Origin: Raillietiella orientalis
Lineage: Eukaryota
Assembly (NCBI GenBank): GCA_036172245.1
Contig: JAYWIR010000075.1
Location: 124,001-188,000 of the forward strand
DNA length: 64,000 nt
Direction: 5' to 3'
The notes beneath the pieces were generated by a model, which did not search any database, was not told where the DNA came from, and was given only the letters and a program-made list of their open reading frames with translations. How positions within the stretch are numbered: position 1 is the stretch's first letter; each line of letters begins with the position of its first letter. Made by a program: the position numbers and the translations under genes. Of this stretch, positions 38,746-52,244 are shown one piece after another.

Positions 38746-41624
38746 TCACTGTGTGTGCAGAACATCTGAACCAAAATATCGAACATTTTCTCCAGATTGC
38801 AATTCCTTCTTAACAGCCTCCCAAGCTAAAAAATGTAAATAATAATCTAGAATGAGACCAAACTGCTTACCATTGCTAACAAACTGAAGTAGAAAATCAT
38901 AATTGTAAGTGAATTTGTCATTTGGTGAATGAAAGGCTTTTATCAGTTTATCAACATCAAATTTGCATTGAGTATCACAGAATCCCTTAGTTGTACTGCA
39001 GGCACTACTGTATTTATGTAATAGATGTTCATTAACTTCAAAGCCAAAAGTCACATCAGTAGGTGCTACAGGATGGATGGGTTCAGGCATTATCACTGGG
39101 GCAAAGCAAGCACTAGAAGCTGTTTTTTTTGAAGACTTAATATTAGAATGTTTTTTTAAGGAGGGCTTATTAACATGTAAATCAGAATTCACATTTGCTT
39201 TTACATGTTTAATGGGGGATGGCAATGTTTGCATTGTTGAAGAATGAGAGCTTGCTGGAAGAGAGCGCACACTATTTTCAGAATCACTAACATCAGAATG
39301 ATCAGAAGGTGGCATACTATTGGCATGTAAGGAATCACTGTAAGTATCCAACCAGCCATATACTCTAGATACAGTGCTCTTTGTATGAGTACTATCTTTG
39401 TGTTGTCGAGCGATCTTGGTAAGTCTATCAGTACGAATCTTCTTACGCTGACGACGAGTACCTACTTCAAACCAGAGATCGTCACTTTTTGCTACCACTT
39501 CTAGTTCATCTGGAAGTAATCGATGGCAAACTTCCAAATCTACTGCATTACATGCTGTTGGCAAACAATCTTTGCAATCTGACTGATAAGGTAACTCAAC
39601 AGCACTGCTTGATCGCTTGAGCGTCTGTTTTTCACTATGTTTCTCTGATTTACTACGCACAGAATTCTTATCAAATGGGACTGCTTTCCCTTTTGGACCT
39701 TTTTTACTCTCCTGTGAAAGATGACCTTTAGGTTTTTTTTTTCTATCATCAGAATGAATATAATCTAAAAGGGCTTCAATACTTGCATTTCCCTTATGAC
39801 CTTCAATTTGTTCAGATGTCAAACAAGATACAAATTTTCCCTAAAAAAGTTTAAATTTCAAACCCCACCTGATCATCATTACTAGTATTAACCTTAACAG
39901 GGCGACGTTTCTTGATCCGAGTTCCTATACCATCTAAAGACTTGCTTTTGTTGAATTCTGGAATTCCAGTTTTGCGATCTAGGTTAATGCAGGTTGCAGT
40001 TTTGTAGTCAGCAGGATTTAACATGAATGCAGATATAGCTGGATGATGGATATATACAGGGTTCATAGACTCAATACCTTTCTGTGATGAAATTAATACA
40101 ATTCATGCAAATAGTTTCCTAACCTGTACAGTGCCATCCTCTTCATTAACACAGTTTTGTGTTGTCCCTGACCATAATCAGTAATTTCACATGAGATCAT
40201 TCCCTTACCTTCTTCTTTGCAATTGCCTGTTGATAACCAAGATCGTAGCTGTGTAAATCTATGCATACAAGGATCATCAGCATTTTCCGCACACTGTGAT
40301 GAAACCTACGATATTTTCAATTTGGCATTAGCAAAACAATTATTTGCTTAACCTCTGAGCCTCTTCTCAAAAAAAAAACACAACATAATAAACAATATGC
40401 ACACAACATCAATTGAAACATGCACTAATGTACATACCTACATTCAAAGTTAAATGGAATCTTTAGAAAATTCAATAAAAAGTTATGAACTTTTTTAATA
40501 TACAAAGATTAAATTTACAATCATTGCAAACTTATACAAATGAAATAAATCTCTATGCTGTCAAAGCCACCTTCATATAATCATTAGCAACTTTTTCATA
40601 AGCCTTAAATCTAAGCAGAATACCCATTCAATACCAAAAAAAAAATATTCCACAGTGCACTTCAGTAATCTATGGATATCCTGCTAACACTAAAGAGTAT
40701 CAGAAACACAGTTAGGTATTAAACTACAATCTATATCTAATATCAGTCAGTTTGATAAACTGCTTTCTGACATACTAAACATTGCAAAATATTTTTTGGG
40801 TGCTTGAAGTTTTTACAAAAAGAACAAAATCTGGATGGCACTAGATGAAAATGTTTCCAACTGATAAAGGCAACATTTAAAGAATTCATCACATGTACTA
40901 TTAATAGACTTCATAATTATGAATTAAAAATTATAATCCTGATATATTCAAACAAATACAATTTGCAACTTACATTGCTAAATTCAACAATGAATACCTA
41001 AAAACCAATAACATAAAAATGATCTAAAAATTCTAATATTAAGTTATCACATTGAAAACCTCAGTGATACACTACCATAGAAGGTATCCATGATTTACTG
41101 CCTTCCGTTGCAACTGTATTATTCTGTTGTTCCATATAAACAGTGTTATCAATATCTACTTGATTCTTTTTGGAGTTATCATGCATTCTTACTATGCCAT
41201 TCACTGATAACATTCCACTAAGGAATTGCAATTTTTCGAGCTGTAAATCCAAAAAACCTTCATTGGAACCACATGTTAACTTCACCTCTGAATCTTTCAG
41301 ATACTCTGGTATTTTTGAATTTGTATTCACATTACCATAGTCAGACATGCGTTTCTTTTTCTTTTCTTCTTTTTTTTTTCTAAAACCCAACAACTGAAAA
41401 CTGTGTATAGACTGTGAATCTTTTTCTTTTGATTCAATTTCTTCAACCTCTTTCAGCAATTGCTGTAACATTGTTACTTTCTTGAGATTCGAAGATATAC
41501 TAACCTTGAATATAATGCTGTTTTCGGTTTTTACAGTACTCTTCTTATAATTCAATGCTTCATCAAGAATGGATAAAAACTTAAGATCATCAATATCAGT
41601 TATGCTTGTATAATCAGCATTATT
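38746..41624 (-). CDS. Uncharacterised spliced protein, at least about 628 aa, mostly low-complexity with short motif islands; 5' exon(s) unresolved
   Basis: Phase-consistent GT-AG model: 41624-41505, 41462-41076, 40305-40209, 40167-40124, 40081-39893, 39840-38871, 38825-38746 (TGA). Introns are 42, about 770, 41, 42, 52 and 45 nt. Motifs: DDLKFLSILDEALNYK, GHKGNASIEALLDYI, WFEVGTRRQRKK, SMPPSDHSD..SVRSLP, VTFGFEVNEHLL, FVSNAWEAVKKEL..VRYF. The 41076/40305 junction is the least certain. Confidence 0.8.
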
Positions 41625-44600
41625 CTAAAATGAAATTCTCTAGAATATATTCACATCTATAAAACAACAACAATTTTCCAAGGCATATGAGTATTTAGGG
41701 AAAAATTTATAACATAGCACATTCACATAGAAATAGATATCCACATATTCTTATTCGGTTAGTATTATTTACCGCATTTATCTTGAAATTTTTCAATTCT
41801 GATGCTCGAACATAATTGAATATTAAAAAATAAAAGCAAACATCGGATGAAAACTTCTGATATGTATTTCCCTCGAAGGCATTTAGATTTGTTTAGAGAA
41901 TTATGAATCGGCTAAAACTTAAAAGTACACGCACACACCCTACCGAATGCACACTGCTTTTAAACGATTATGACGTAGCATATTTACTTGCAAAGCGAAT
42001 AATCCACTAGCGAATTACATACAGATATAATATAATATATACAGCACAAAGACTGATAAGAAAAATAAAATACATACTTCTTTCCCAATTCTAGGCGGAA
42101 GCAATGAACTCGAACATATATGTTTAAGGCATTACAGATTTCATCACGTGTGTCACTTTCTACCTTGCTTTGAATAATTCATTTGAGCTGCGGCACATTA
42201 CCAACTGATTTCGGAGATTTACGATCACTACGGTACGCACAAAAGTTTCCGTGCCCTCTAAGTTTTACGTATGCACAAATAAATGAACGTATAAATTAGC
42301 TGTCCCTTAAACTTTCGGACAAAAATTGATGTACATCTACATCAGAGCATCGGCATGTAGAGTTTCACAAGGGTATACACGTACGATCAATAAAAATAGA
42401 ACCGAAAACGTTCAATACGTGAAAACCGGGAAAAAAGTGAAAAGCTGGCAACTAACATTTGTTAAAATGAATTCCTAATGTTGGCCTACTATATAATGCC
42501 AGCATCCTTCTCCCGCCGCCCAAAAAAACGCATGCAATTTACTGTCCTGTCGAGAATGATTTCACTTTGACGTTCTCTAACAAAAATCTTGCTAAATTGA
42601 GGTGTTGTATTAAAACTGCATGCCCCGGTGCATTCGAGATGGTATCTGCATGCAACGATAGGCTTCCCTTCTGATTTCTGTAACTCGAATTTTCGATTAC
42701 CTACGTGTTAAATAAGCCATACGTAAGCACCTTTACGGTGATTACGCTAAATATCATCTTTACTCCACGAACTTGTGAGCATCAAGGAAAATCTTACTCA
42801 TAGAGAACTAAAAAATCACTGAACGCTACGACAATGTTGGGTTCTGCAAATTATTCACCTAATGATCACAAATGTATTTATGACATACTTTCCATGATGC
42901 ACTCAACATTTAAGGACTGCTGTTTTTTGAAAATCGCAAATTCTTCGGGCTTAAAGTTTTTGTGCGGAGACCTACGTTAAACAAATGTACACACAATATG
43001 GTTACTGATAATACATGTGAGTGCCTTTCTTGAAAAGCACTAAAACCTTACATGTTTGTAGACCATATTTTTGTATTAATTTCATGGCAAGCTTTAGCAT
43101 CACAGCACACACCAATGAGTATTTACAACATGACTGTTTGGTGAATGGCTTCTTCTACTCTAAATTACATTGTAAAGTTCTTTCAATTTGCATTTGATTT
43201 TTAATGATTCGACTTATAGTAACTTTTTGTTCATCTTATGACATATTTTTGAATGCATTGCAAAATATCAGGAATAGATGAAAACTTTGATTACCTCTTT
43301 GGGTGATCATTAACGAAAAATATCATTACATGCATATTAACTCATTACATGTTTATAACTCATGAACTCATTTATTCATTCATTTCACTTCCTGATTACA
43401 AATCAGATTGAGTCATATTTACAGAAAATGAGAGCAACTTTTGAAACTATGCCGCACCATATGAATTAATTGCAATTTGAATTTCAATATATGTTTGGAA
43501 ATCTATGCACGGATTCTTCAATACTTAACATAAATAACGAAAGAATATTTACATACAATTCTAATGACTTTTGAAGATAACAATGTTTGGCAAGACATAT
43601 TGGACTATCATCTAAGCATGAACAAATTTTAACTCACTTTCCAATGAACTACATGAGAGAGAACAGAAGTGCTTAACTTCTCTAAGTTCTCTTTTCAATA
43701 TTTTTGCTTTTAAAAATCCAATACACTTATGGTATGATTAAATAAGACTATCATCAGCATGATTGGAGCTCAATATACATAAAGAAACTGATAGCAGCTA
43801 ACATGCAATGCACTTTCCTGTTTTAAATGGAGACTCTTGAATAAATGTGACCAAGATTTACTAAAGAACATTCAAGAAATTATAACTTCTTGTCTGATCT
43901 GGAATATTGAAGAACTACACGTTTAGAAATTCAAAATGATTCCAAAATTTTTCTGGACAAGCATTTTTGTGCAATTACATATAAGAGTTGGTAAGAGAAA
44001 TATATTAAACCGATTTCTGAATGGGATTAAGTACTAAAATCCAATCAATGTATTTGATGTTGCGATACGTCTGAGATTCCTAAACCGCTACTTTCTGATG
44101 ATTTCCATACTATACATACGTCTTCAATGAGGAAAATCTATTGTCATATAATTAATCTTCGTTGACCTAACATTTTAGAAATAACACATTTGCACGGGCT
44201 GGTAAAACAGGAACTCTCAATACAACCAAACAATTCATTCCGCTGATTTATCTTATTATACGAACGTATTATTCGTCTATTAAACCGCCAAATAAATACA
44301 CCATAAATATATAAAGTTGCCAACAAAGAATTTGCAACTTAATGAAGCATCAAAATTCGCATATAACTAAAGCTCAATGAATTGCATTCTTAATAATCTT
44401 AAACTGAATTAAATGAATTGTAATTTCTGGGAGTGTTTTCCTTCAAAGAGTGAAACATTACTCTGTAATTTCAAATTCGAGATGGAAATTCCAATTTCCA
44501 AAATTCTGACTTTTCGAGAATTGAACTGAAATATGCATTGACTTTGATTATGTTCAGAAAAGAAATTCACGTTTACAAACACTTTTGAGCCTGTTGTACA

Positions 44601-45477
44601 AATTGCATTTTGATTAATTCACTACATAATTTTCATAAAAACACTTTAAATTAACCAGCTTTCACAATGAATTCTCTTAAACATTCATACCTCGATATTA
44701 TTATGCCCAGCATCAATAGTTTTCGTAAGTAAATTGTTTTTTAACACCGTGTCTTCTGCTGAAGAATCTGCCATTTTCCGATTTTCTTCATGTTTCGGAG
44801 ATACCATGCTTGAAGATAATAGCACCAACGAAGTATATCATTTTCTAAGGTTGTGAAATATATGTTTTATCATTACGGTAAGCAAAATATTGACGATTAG
44901 GATTGTAAACTACGAGAATTGATGAAGATAAAAAACTGGAAGATTTCAAAGTAGCATGGATTTTTCAAAGATGCTTACGAACGGATGTTATTTCCATGAA
45001 AAAAAAATAGCATTGCAAAGCTAATAGTTCTATTGATATTTCTAAAATGATGTGTATTCTAAATAATATGTGGTGAAAATATTACAAAATTCACTGATGC
45101 TATATCTATTATTAAGATTTAAATACATTTCACAGCTGCCAATTTTTATGTATTTGTATCTGTAGAAAACAGTCATATGCTCACCGCAAAACGTTTAATC
45201 AATGGTTTAAAAATCAAAAAGTTAAAGGTAATCTGTAATTTGTTTATTAAACATTTTTTACCAGCTTACTTTTTTTTCTAATTATCTAATAAAACTTACA
45301 GGCAAAAATAAAATACATGACACTTTTAGTAACGGTTGCATTTACACTGCTGACATGTATTCATGATTTGAATTGTTTTCAAAGAGGAAAAGATTTAAAT
45401 GATTGAGTTCATCAGCAAGATCTTGTAAGCAGGCGGGCGTTCTTAAAACAGAATGATTTCATTTATATCTCATTATG

Positions 45478-45526
45478 AAAATTACAATAAAGTGTTCATG
45501 CATAATGTACACTTTATTGTAATTTT
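45478..45526. repeat. Perfect 18-bp inverted repeat with 13-nt loop
   Basis: AAAATTACAATAAAGTGT-TCATGCATAATGT-ACACTTTATTGTAATTTT. Confidence 0.85.
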
Positions 45527-48500
45527 GAGAAAACCATGAACCTTTGAGAAAACATTTTTCGGTGATTTTATATATGCAACATACACGCTAGGGATTAAAA
45601 TCCTATGTGTGCCAACTAGTGATGAAGCTAATGAGAATTCAATTCAAAAGAAAACGGTCACCTACAAGTAGAATGAATTATAGGTTCCATAAATCACGTT
45701 TACAAGAATAGCACTTTCTATTTCTAATCACAAATCAAAGAAGAATATTGCGAATAATTGCAAGATATGCAAAGTTATTTGAAATGTAATTTAAACGTCC
45801 ATATGAAACTAGCACAAAAGTAAATGTAGCAAGTAAATCATATAGTGTCAAAACACTTTCGATGCTATCACCGATGCGAATATTCACATCTGATCTTGAT
45901 TACATTTAAACTGAAGTCATATACCTTTAAAAAAGCTATTAGGTAGAACCGAATGAATCAGTATTATGACAGCTTACATAAATCGAGACAAATAATAAGG
46001 CTGGTGTTTCCAATGAAGAACCAAATCTCCAAACCGCAAACAAGACAATTTATCGACTTAACAACGTACAGATACCTAAGTTATAGAGAAAGGAAAAGTG
46101 TAGAAACAGCAAGATGTTGGGCCGGAGGTAGTTCAGCAAATTAGTTTCGTTTGGATCCTCGATAAAGCAATGTTGCTTACATTTTATCGGATCCGCACTT
46201 CTTTTTCTCGAAAACATATGAAAACTTAGTAGCCCATGACAGCATGACATCATTGAGAAACTTCACTATACAACCATTTTACTCACTCGAAAAATCTGTT
46301 CTTCTAAGTTGACGATGATGAGCAGAGGAGTGATGAGCAATGATAGCGTATAACTTTCAACGATAGCTGGACTTTCATCGAAAACATACGATTTCTACAA
46401 TAAACAATTCGTTGATACTTTCCTTTGTATTGAAAGCATCTTGCAATTGGAGGTGTGCTTTAGGCTATGATTTCAAAAGTTTCGAGTTAATGAGTTAATT
46501 TTTTTCTTAAATGCTCTAATGAGAACGAGGGAAAATAATTTTCGTTTAAAGGATTGTTCTGCGTATTAACCGATGTTTTCCTACTTATTTTCGGTCTGAA
46601 AATGCGACGTCGTGCTCAGGGTACAAAACCATCACACATTTTATCATTAATTACTTAAGCAACTGCTGTTGCACTTTTATTATCCAGCACAACTTGTTGG
46701 TGGAGTTTTCCTCAAATCTTTTAGTCGATTTAGGAGGCGGAACTGTTAGCATGAGTTCCTAATTCATAATTCTCTTTCAACGATGAGAAATTATCTTTGA
46801 AACATGGAAACCATGAAAAAGCTAGTCATTTGTGAATATACTCTTTGGGAAGACACAATTTCAAGTATTCTTCGAAAGTGTTCAATAAGCCTGGTGTGTC
46901 CTTGTTGTCTGGTGAACTCATTAACTTTTACCAACCTCCCAAGTGATGCAAACTGAGCTCGTTTACTTAATGCCATTTCAGTTCCCTGAAATCAAGCAAA
47001 TAGTGAAAAGGAAGTGAATTCAGAAAGTAAACATGCTGCATCAGCATTGCCTTTCATCAGAATACAGTATCGAAATCGACAGAGCAGTTGACTCAAAGGA
47101 AAAAAAAATTATCGTTATTTACGGTTCCAAGAAGTTGGCACATGGACATTGGATTCAGATCAAAAAAAAAAGATACTCGAATACTGAGTGGTCAATGCTT
47201 TAGTTCTTCACTTCCTTTTTTCAACACAATAATAGTCAGGATTATTTTTCTAAAAACCAAAACCACGCAACTTTGCCAATATGGAACGATTTGAATCTTC
47301 AGTAGTACCTACTGTGTGAACAAAGTCGATCAAAGGTTTATTTCCTGTTCTTGCGGTTACCGTTTCATTCAATATTGCCAGCGTTCGCGCCGCCTCAGAA
47401 AGCGAAAATCTCTCGTCACGTATAGATAACCGGAGAAAGCATCAATGTTCCGTTAGCTACAATTCCTTCAACATTCATGGTCAGCGGGAACTATTTGATT
47501 ATCTTCTTTTTTTTGCTTCAGAATGCTGTGATAACTGGAACTCCATTGCCGTTCGCAGAACAGCTACACAAACTTCTCATTGAAATTGATTGTGGGTTTG
47601 ATTGCGGGTTTAATCAGGATGGAGAAAGTTAATGACTACGAAATCCCCGGAATCCGGACCTAAGCCCTTAGTCGCTAGGTCTTACTTTCGAGCATAATAT
47701 GCTTTTTAATGAGCAATTGCTCATGACGAAAACGTCAATATTCATCTCTTTTTAACGTGAAAAGCAGTCTACACACCAACGCTATCATTGTTCTCATTAG
47801 TTAATAAATAGGAACTCCGTGAGTAATCAAACTTTCTCTAAAATAGAGAAGAAATAGTTGTTTCCCCTTTTTGATGACACTCATCAAGCAATTCGCTCTC
47901 CTCTATAACATCCTACAACTCCGATATAGACAAATAAAACTGAAAAGTCGTACAGAATAATTGTTCTTTTAATCGAGAAGTCAAAATCAAGTGAAATTCT
48001 CTATAGCATGCTCTTTTTTCATATGTAAAGGTATAATTTCTCAAGTAAAACAAATCTCATCAGTAACTCTCCATTTACAGAGGACAAGAACTCCGACATG
48101 CAATCTTGTTTTCAGACACTCTTCCTGCGTACCCAGTCTCATCATGGTGTTGTTTTTAACTTAACTGAGTACGAAGTCCCTTTTCTTCGTTGTAAATTGG
48201 CTTTTTGTTTAGATTAAGTGTGACTTTTCATTTCTATGCCTTCATTATTTTAGTATCGAAGACATGGCTTAACGATAACTTCTAGAATCATTTGAAAGTG
48301 TTTTTGATTGCTTTTTTTCCAATTTGGATGCTATTCGGAGCTGAGAAGTAATGATACTTCTATATTATAGTTTCGAAGAAGATGAGGAGTACAGTCTAGC
48401 ATTTTAGATACAATAAACACTTAAAAATTAATTTTTAGCAACTTTCCGGATCATGTTTCCTGTTTTCTGAACCAAAGTTGGACTCCGGTGCGATGACGCG

Positions 48501-49559
48501 ATGCATCTCCATGTTTTCTTTTGGTTTGGTTTGTTGGCTGAACTCTGATATAGGGCTGCCAGAATTTCATGTAGGCTTCCCAGTAACGACTGAAGTCTGA
48601 AGGTATGAAATCATTTTTCTCCTGTACATATTTTTTTCCCAATTGCCCAGATATGTTTTAAATACTTCATTGTTTTTGTTATCTCTGTTTCCGACGAATC
48701 ACTTTACACATTGATGTACAACGCATACGTAAGTACTTAAACTCCATGTGATTGATTCTTCTCAACTGAAGATTTATCTATCGCAGATTCATTGTTTCCT
48801 ACGAACTGAACACTGATCCTGTCAGGAGGGTGGCTCATAATACTTATATTCAAAGTATCCGCCTAATGGATCTATTCAGCTTCAGTTTCTAAATTCTATG
48901 TTTAGAAAAGGACACTGTATGGCTTTTAAAAAACTATTGAAGAAAAAAATGAAAGTCGCCATTTTATAGTTGTACTAAAATGTTGAACTCATCATTCATT
49001 ATGTGAATTATGAATAAATGTTTCGGTTTTGCATCAGCGTCTTTGCAATGGCAACCTGATCGCCTAATGTATCTATTTCACGTTGAATATCAGCTTTGGG
49101 GGGGGGGGGGAACTAACTCTTGTATCTCCTAGAAATTAGTCTCCTTTGTTTAAACGAACGAACAAAAAAATGAAGTGGTCATCCGGACGAAACTGCGGCC
49201 AACACTGTCCGGGCTCGGGTTGTGTTTACTGGTTTTGTCGGTGAATAGACTTATCTGGCTTCGAAGCGTCATGATGAAGTGAATCGATGGATGTACGCTC
49301 ATATGTAGTGAACAGTGCCTGCAAGCATCGAACACTTGGACTTAAGTGGACAATCCTCCAGAGAACTGAAATAGCCAAGTGCCTCCATGGAGGTGTGCCA
49401 ATCATGCCCAGAGGGAAAGTCATCTCCCTAGGTGAACGCGGACACACCGATCGACGGCGGCAACACTCCACGTGATGATGGTGGTAGTCCAAGTTCCGGC
49501 ATTGAATATTCCACCAGTGGATGGGAGAGAGGAGAAAAGCTGCTATTATGAGTGTACAG

Positions 49560-51500
49560 AATCTAGATGGACTATATTACGAATGGGCGCAGTCAAACCA
49601 GTTGACTTTCGAGCATGAACTCGCAAGTTTAGGATGAATGTAAAGAACCGAGAGATGTCATAGTCATCGTGGGGGACTTTAATGCCGATCTAGAAAGGCA
49701 CCAGCATTGAGACGTTTAAGGAGATAATGGTTTCGGGATGAAGAACTCGATCTCATCCGGACGGTTGCCACACACACTCCGATAAACTACATCCTCTACC
49801 CAGAGAACGTCAGCAATCGTTTTCAGAGACTTAGGGAATTGCCCACCTCTCTCTCGGACCACCTTTTGCCAAGGTTTCGGGTGAAAGCCAATAATCCGAA
49901 GAAGGTACACTTAGTAGTCAAGGCGGCTCTCATCTGCATGTCCTCCTGGTGCAAGAGATGCCCGAAATACCGGAACATCATGAAGACCATCCTGGACACA
50001 ACCGCCAACAGCAGCTTCCAAGAGTGGGATCGACTCAAAAATGCTGTCCATCTCTTCTATGATATGTTGCTCGGAGACAGGGAGCTAAAACAGCGAGCGT
50101 ACTGGGAAATGAGCGAACAGCATCTCCCCTACTCTGTTTACTGGCAGCAGTACCAGAGACGATACCTGGACCACAGCGTCAAGAAGAACGTCGACATGCT
50201 GGGAAAGATGACATTTTCCAGCTTCCACGAACATTTATCTCACCCACTACCTACATCGCGACTATCGGGCCTGGGAACAAGTGCTGTAGTCGTTTCACTA
50301 CTATGACACCGAATTATTCCGCAGGAAACCTCTCGACGAGGAGGGTAGAAGAGACGGGTCTTCCTATGTGTCGTCAAACGACTCGACTCTCTTCAACCAC
50401 AAGCCTTGGACCAAGGATTCACGGATCAGGAGATCAGGACGGCTTTCCTGGAGCTCAGCAAGCATCTGGCGGCGGGTACTGATAGCGCGCGTCCGTTACC
50501 CACCACCAGCTGCACCTGCCAGCCAACCCGCGTCTGTTCCTCCAGTTGATGACCCGAGCGCAAGGAAGAAGGAGGAAGGCTGCCTGACCTCTTCCTATAG
50601 GGATAGGATGAGACTTCTCCCAGGTGATGTGATTTGAAGCCAGCCACCCATCTCCGTCCTCAATTCCGATACCAAGTGGGTAGCCACCGGCTAAAAAGAT
50701 GCGTCGGATCGGTGATTTCTCCCAGGCAACCGCGTGCTATCCCTGAAAGACGTAATCGCGGGAGCTTTAAAGGTCTCCTAAATCCTCCTAGAATACAACC
50801 TCATAGGAAATGAACTGATTCTGGATCTCAACGGGCTTAATTAGGCCATCGAGTCCGCTGTCCACACTATTGTTGAAAAAATGGGCTACCTGAGAAAAAA
50901 TAGGCTTCCACTGGAAACTCCTGGCATGCGCGGCGGTCACTCTGGAAGGAGCGCGATTCCACCTTGCCATCGACGGGGAGGGCGATCTCCGCTAACCGAT
51001 GGATGGACAGAGGAATTCGCTAAGGAGATGCTTTATGCTCTATACTCTTCGTCCTCCACACGGACGCGACAGCATTCTGTGTTACCAAAAAGAGCAACAA
51101 AAGAGTCTCAGTCTGGATAGGGAGATCATCACCAACCTGGCTCATGATCCACTATTTGTCATGGCTGACTAGAAAGATCAGAAGGCGCTTTTATCGATCG
51201 CGGAAACCGTGGAATACGGATTCAAGATTAACGCGGCCAGGTCCAAGCTTCTCGCTGCCATCGGAATTTCTGGTACCGCTATCCTGCAGTCTCACGGATT
51301 CGGGATCGTGGATGACCCACAGTACTTGAATGTATCCACATAGGAGATGAAAGGGAGTAACCAGCATCCCAACGGAAGGAGACGATAAAGATCAGGCACG
51401 AAGCGATGCAGTGCAGAGGGGAAAACTTCTCCGGTGCGTCTTCGCTACCGACTTCTTGTTGGCGTGGTCTTCTAGCACATTCCAGAGAAATGGTCAAGCA
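49560..51500 (+). mobile_element. Decayed L1/Tx1-type LINE ORF2 (endonuclease to RT)
   Basis: VIVGDFNA (49663-49686), LSDH (about 49855), FQEWDRLK, PISVLNSDTK (50647-50676). Many stops and frameshifts. Confidence 0.7.
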
Positions 51501-52244
51501 TCTGGAAGACTCCTGAAGAGCACTAAGGTGTACAGGAGGGGAAGTCCCGAGAGAAACTGAAGCTTTTGCTTGTCTGGAGATGAGGCAGGGGCAAAAGCGT
51601 GTGGGAAATCGCCACCGAGCTCCAGGATTTGCGGCACGTCAATGCCTGGGACGAATGACCGTGCGTGTTGCACCGAACCTACGCCAGACGGCTCAACGGA
51701 ACCGACTGCCTGATGTCAGCTCTGTCCGGGACACGAGGGCGGAAGATCGACCCGATCTGGCCGAAGAAACAAAACCTCGTCAAAAGCGTTAATATGAAGA
51801 ATGCACTGAAGAGCAAGGTGCTCTGGATCAAGGGGCCGGGAGTGGTTATTCCCGCTTTTCGTAAGCGTTCCATGGGCCACCGAGAGATGGCTCCAGAGGA
51901 GACCACAACTGACCATCAACGATCGAGATCTATTCCCCAGCAGTGGGAATGTCTCCCCGAGGAGCGAGTGTTCCAGCACGAACTCCAGATGCAAGGGTGG
52001 GCGACCTGCAAGTTTCGCGAACTCTGGCAGGAGCAAAGCTCGGAGGAAACTAAGGTGAACCTCCGAGCTCTGGCAGTGCAGTTCACATTAAAGACCACTG
52101 CGCACGAAACAGTCGATGTGGACACAGCTCAGACAACGTGACCGTTCTATAGATAGACGACCTGGTTCCAGTGACCCAAGACAACCTCCTGACGTTCTAT
52201 CACAGAGGGGCCCTGTGCGACTCTCGACTGCCCCACGCTGGATG

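Noticed and set aside
39841..39868. 28-nt intron using the CAG|GTGGGG donor
   Set aside because: In frame but much shorter than the other introns. The AAG|GTTAAT donor gives a typical 52 nt.
41770..42200. First coding exon of the minus-strand gene
   Set aside because: Donor-like sites exist near 41772 and 42077, but I could not link an in-frame ATG to them without a stop.
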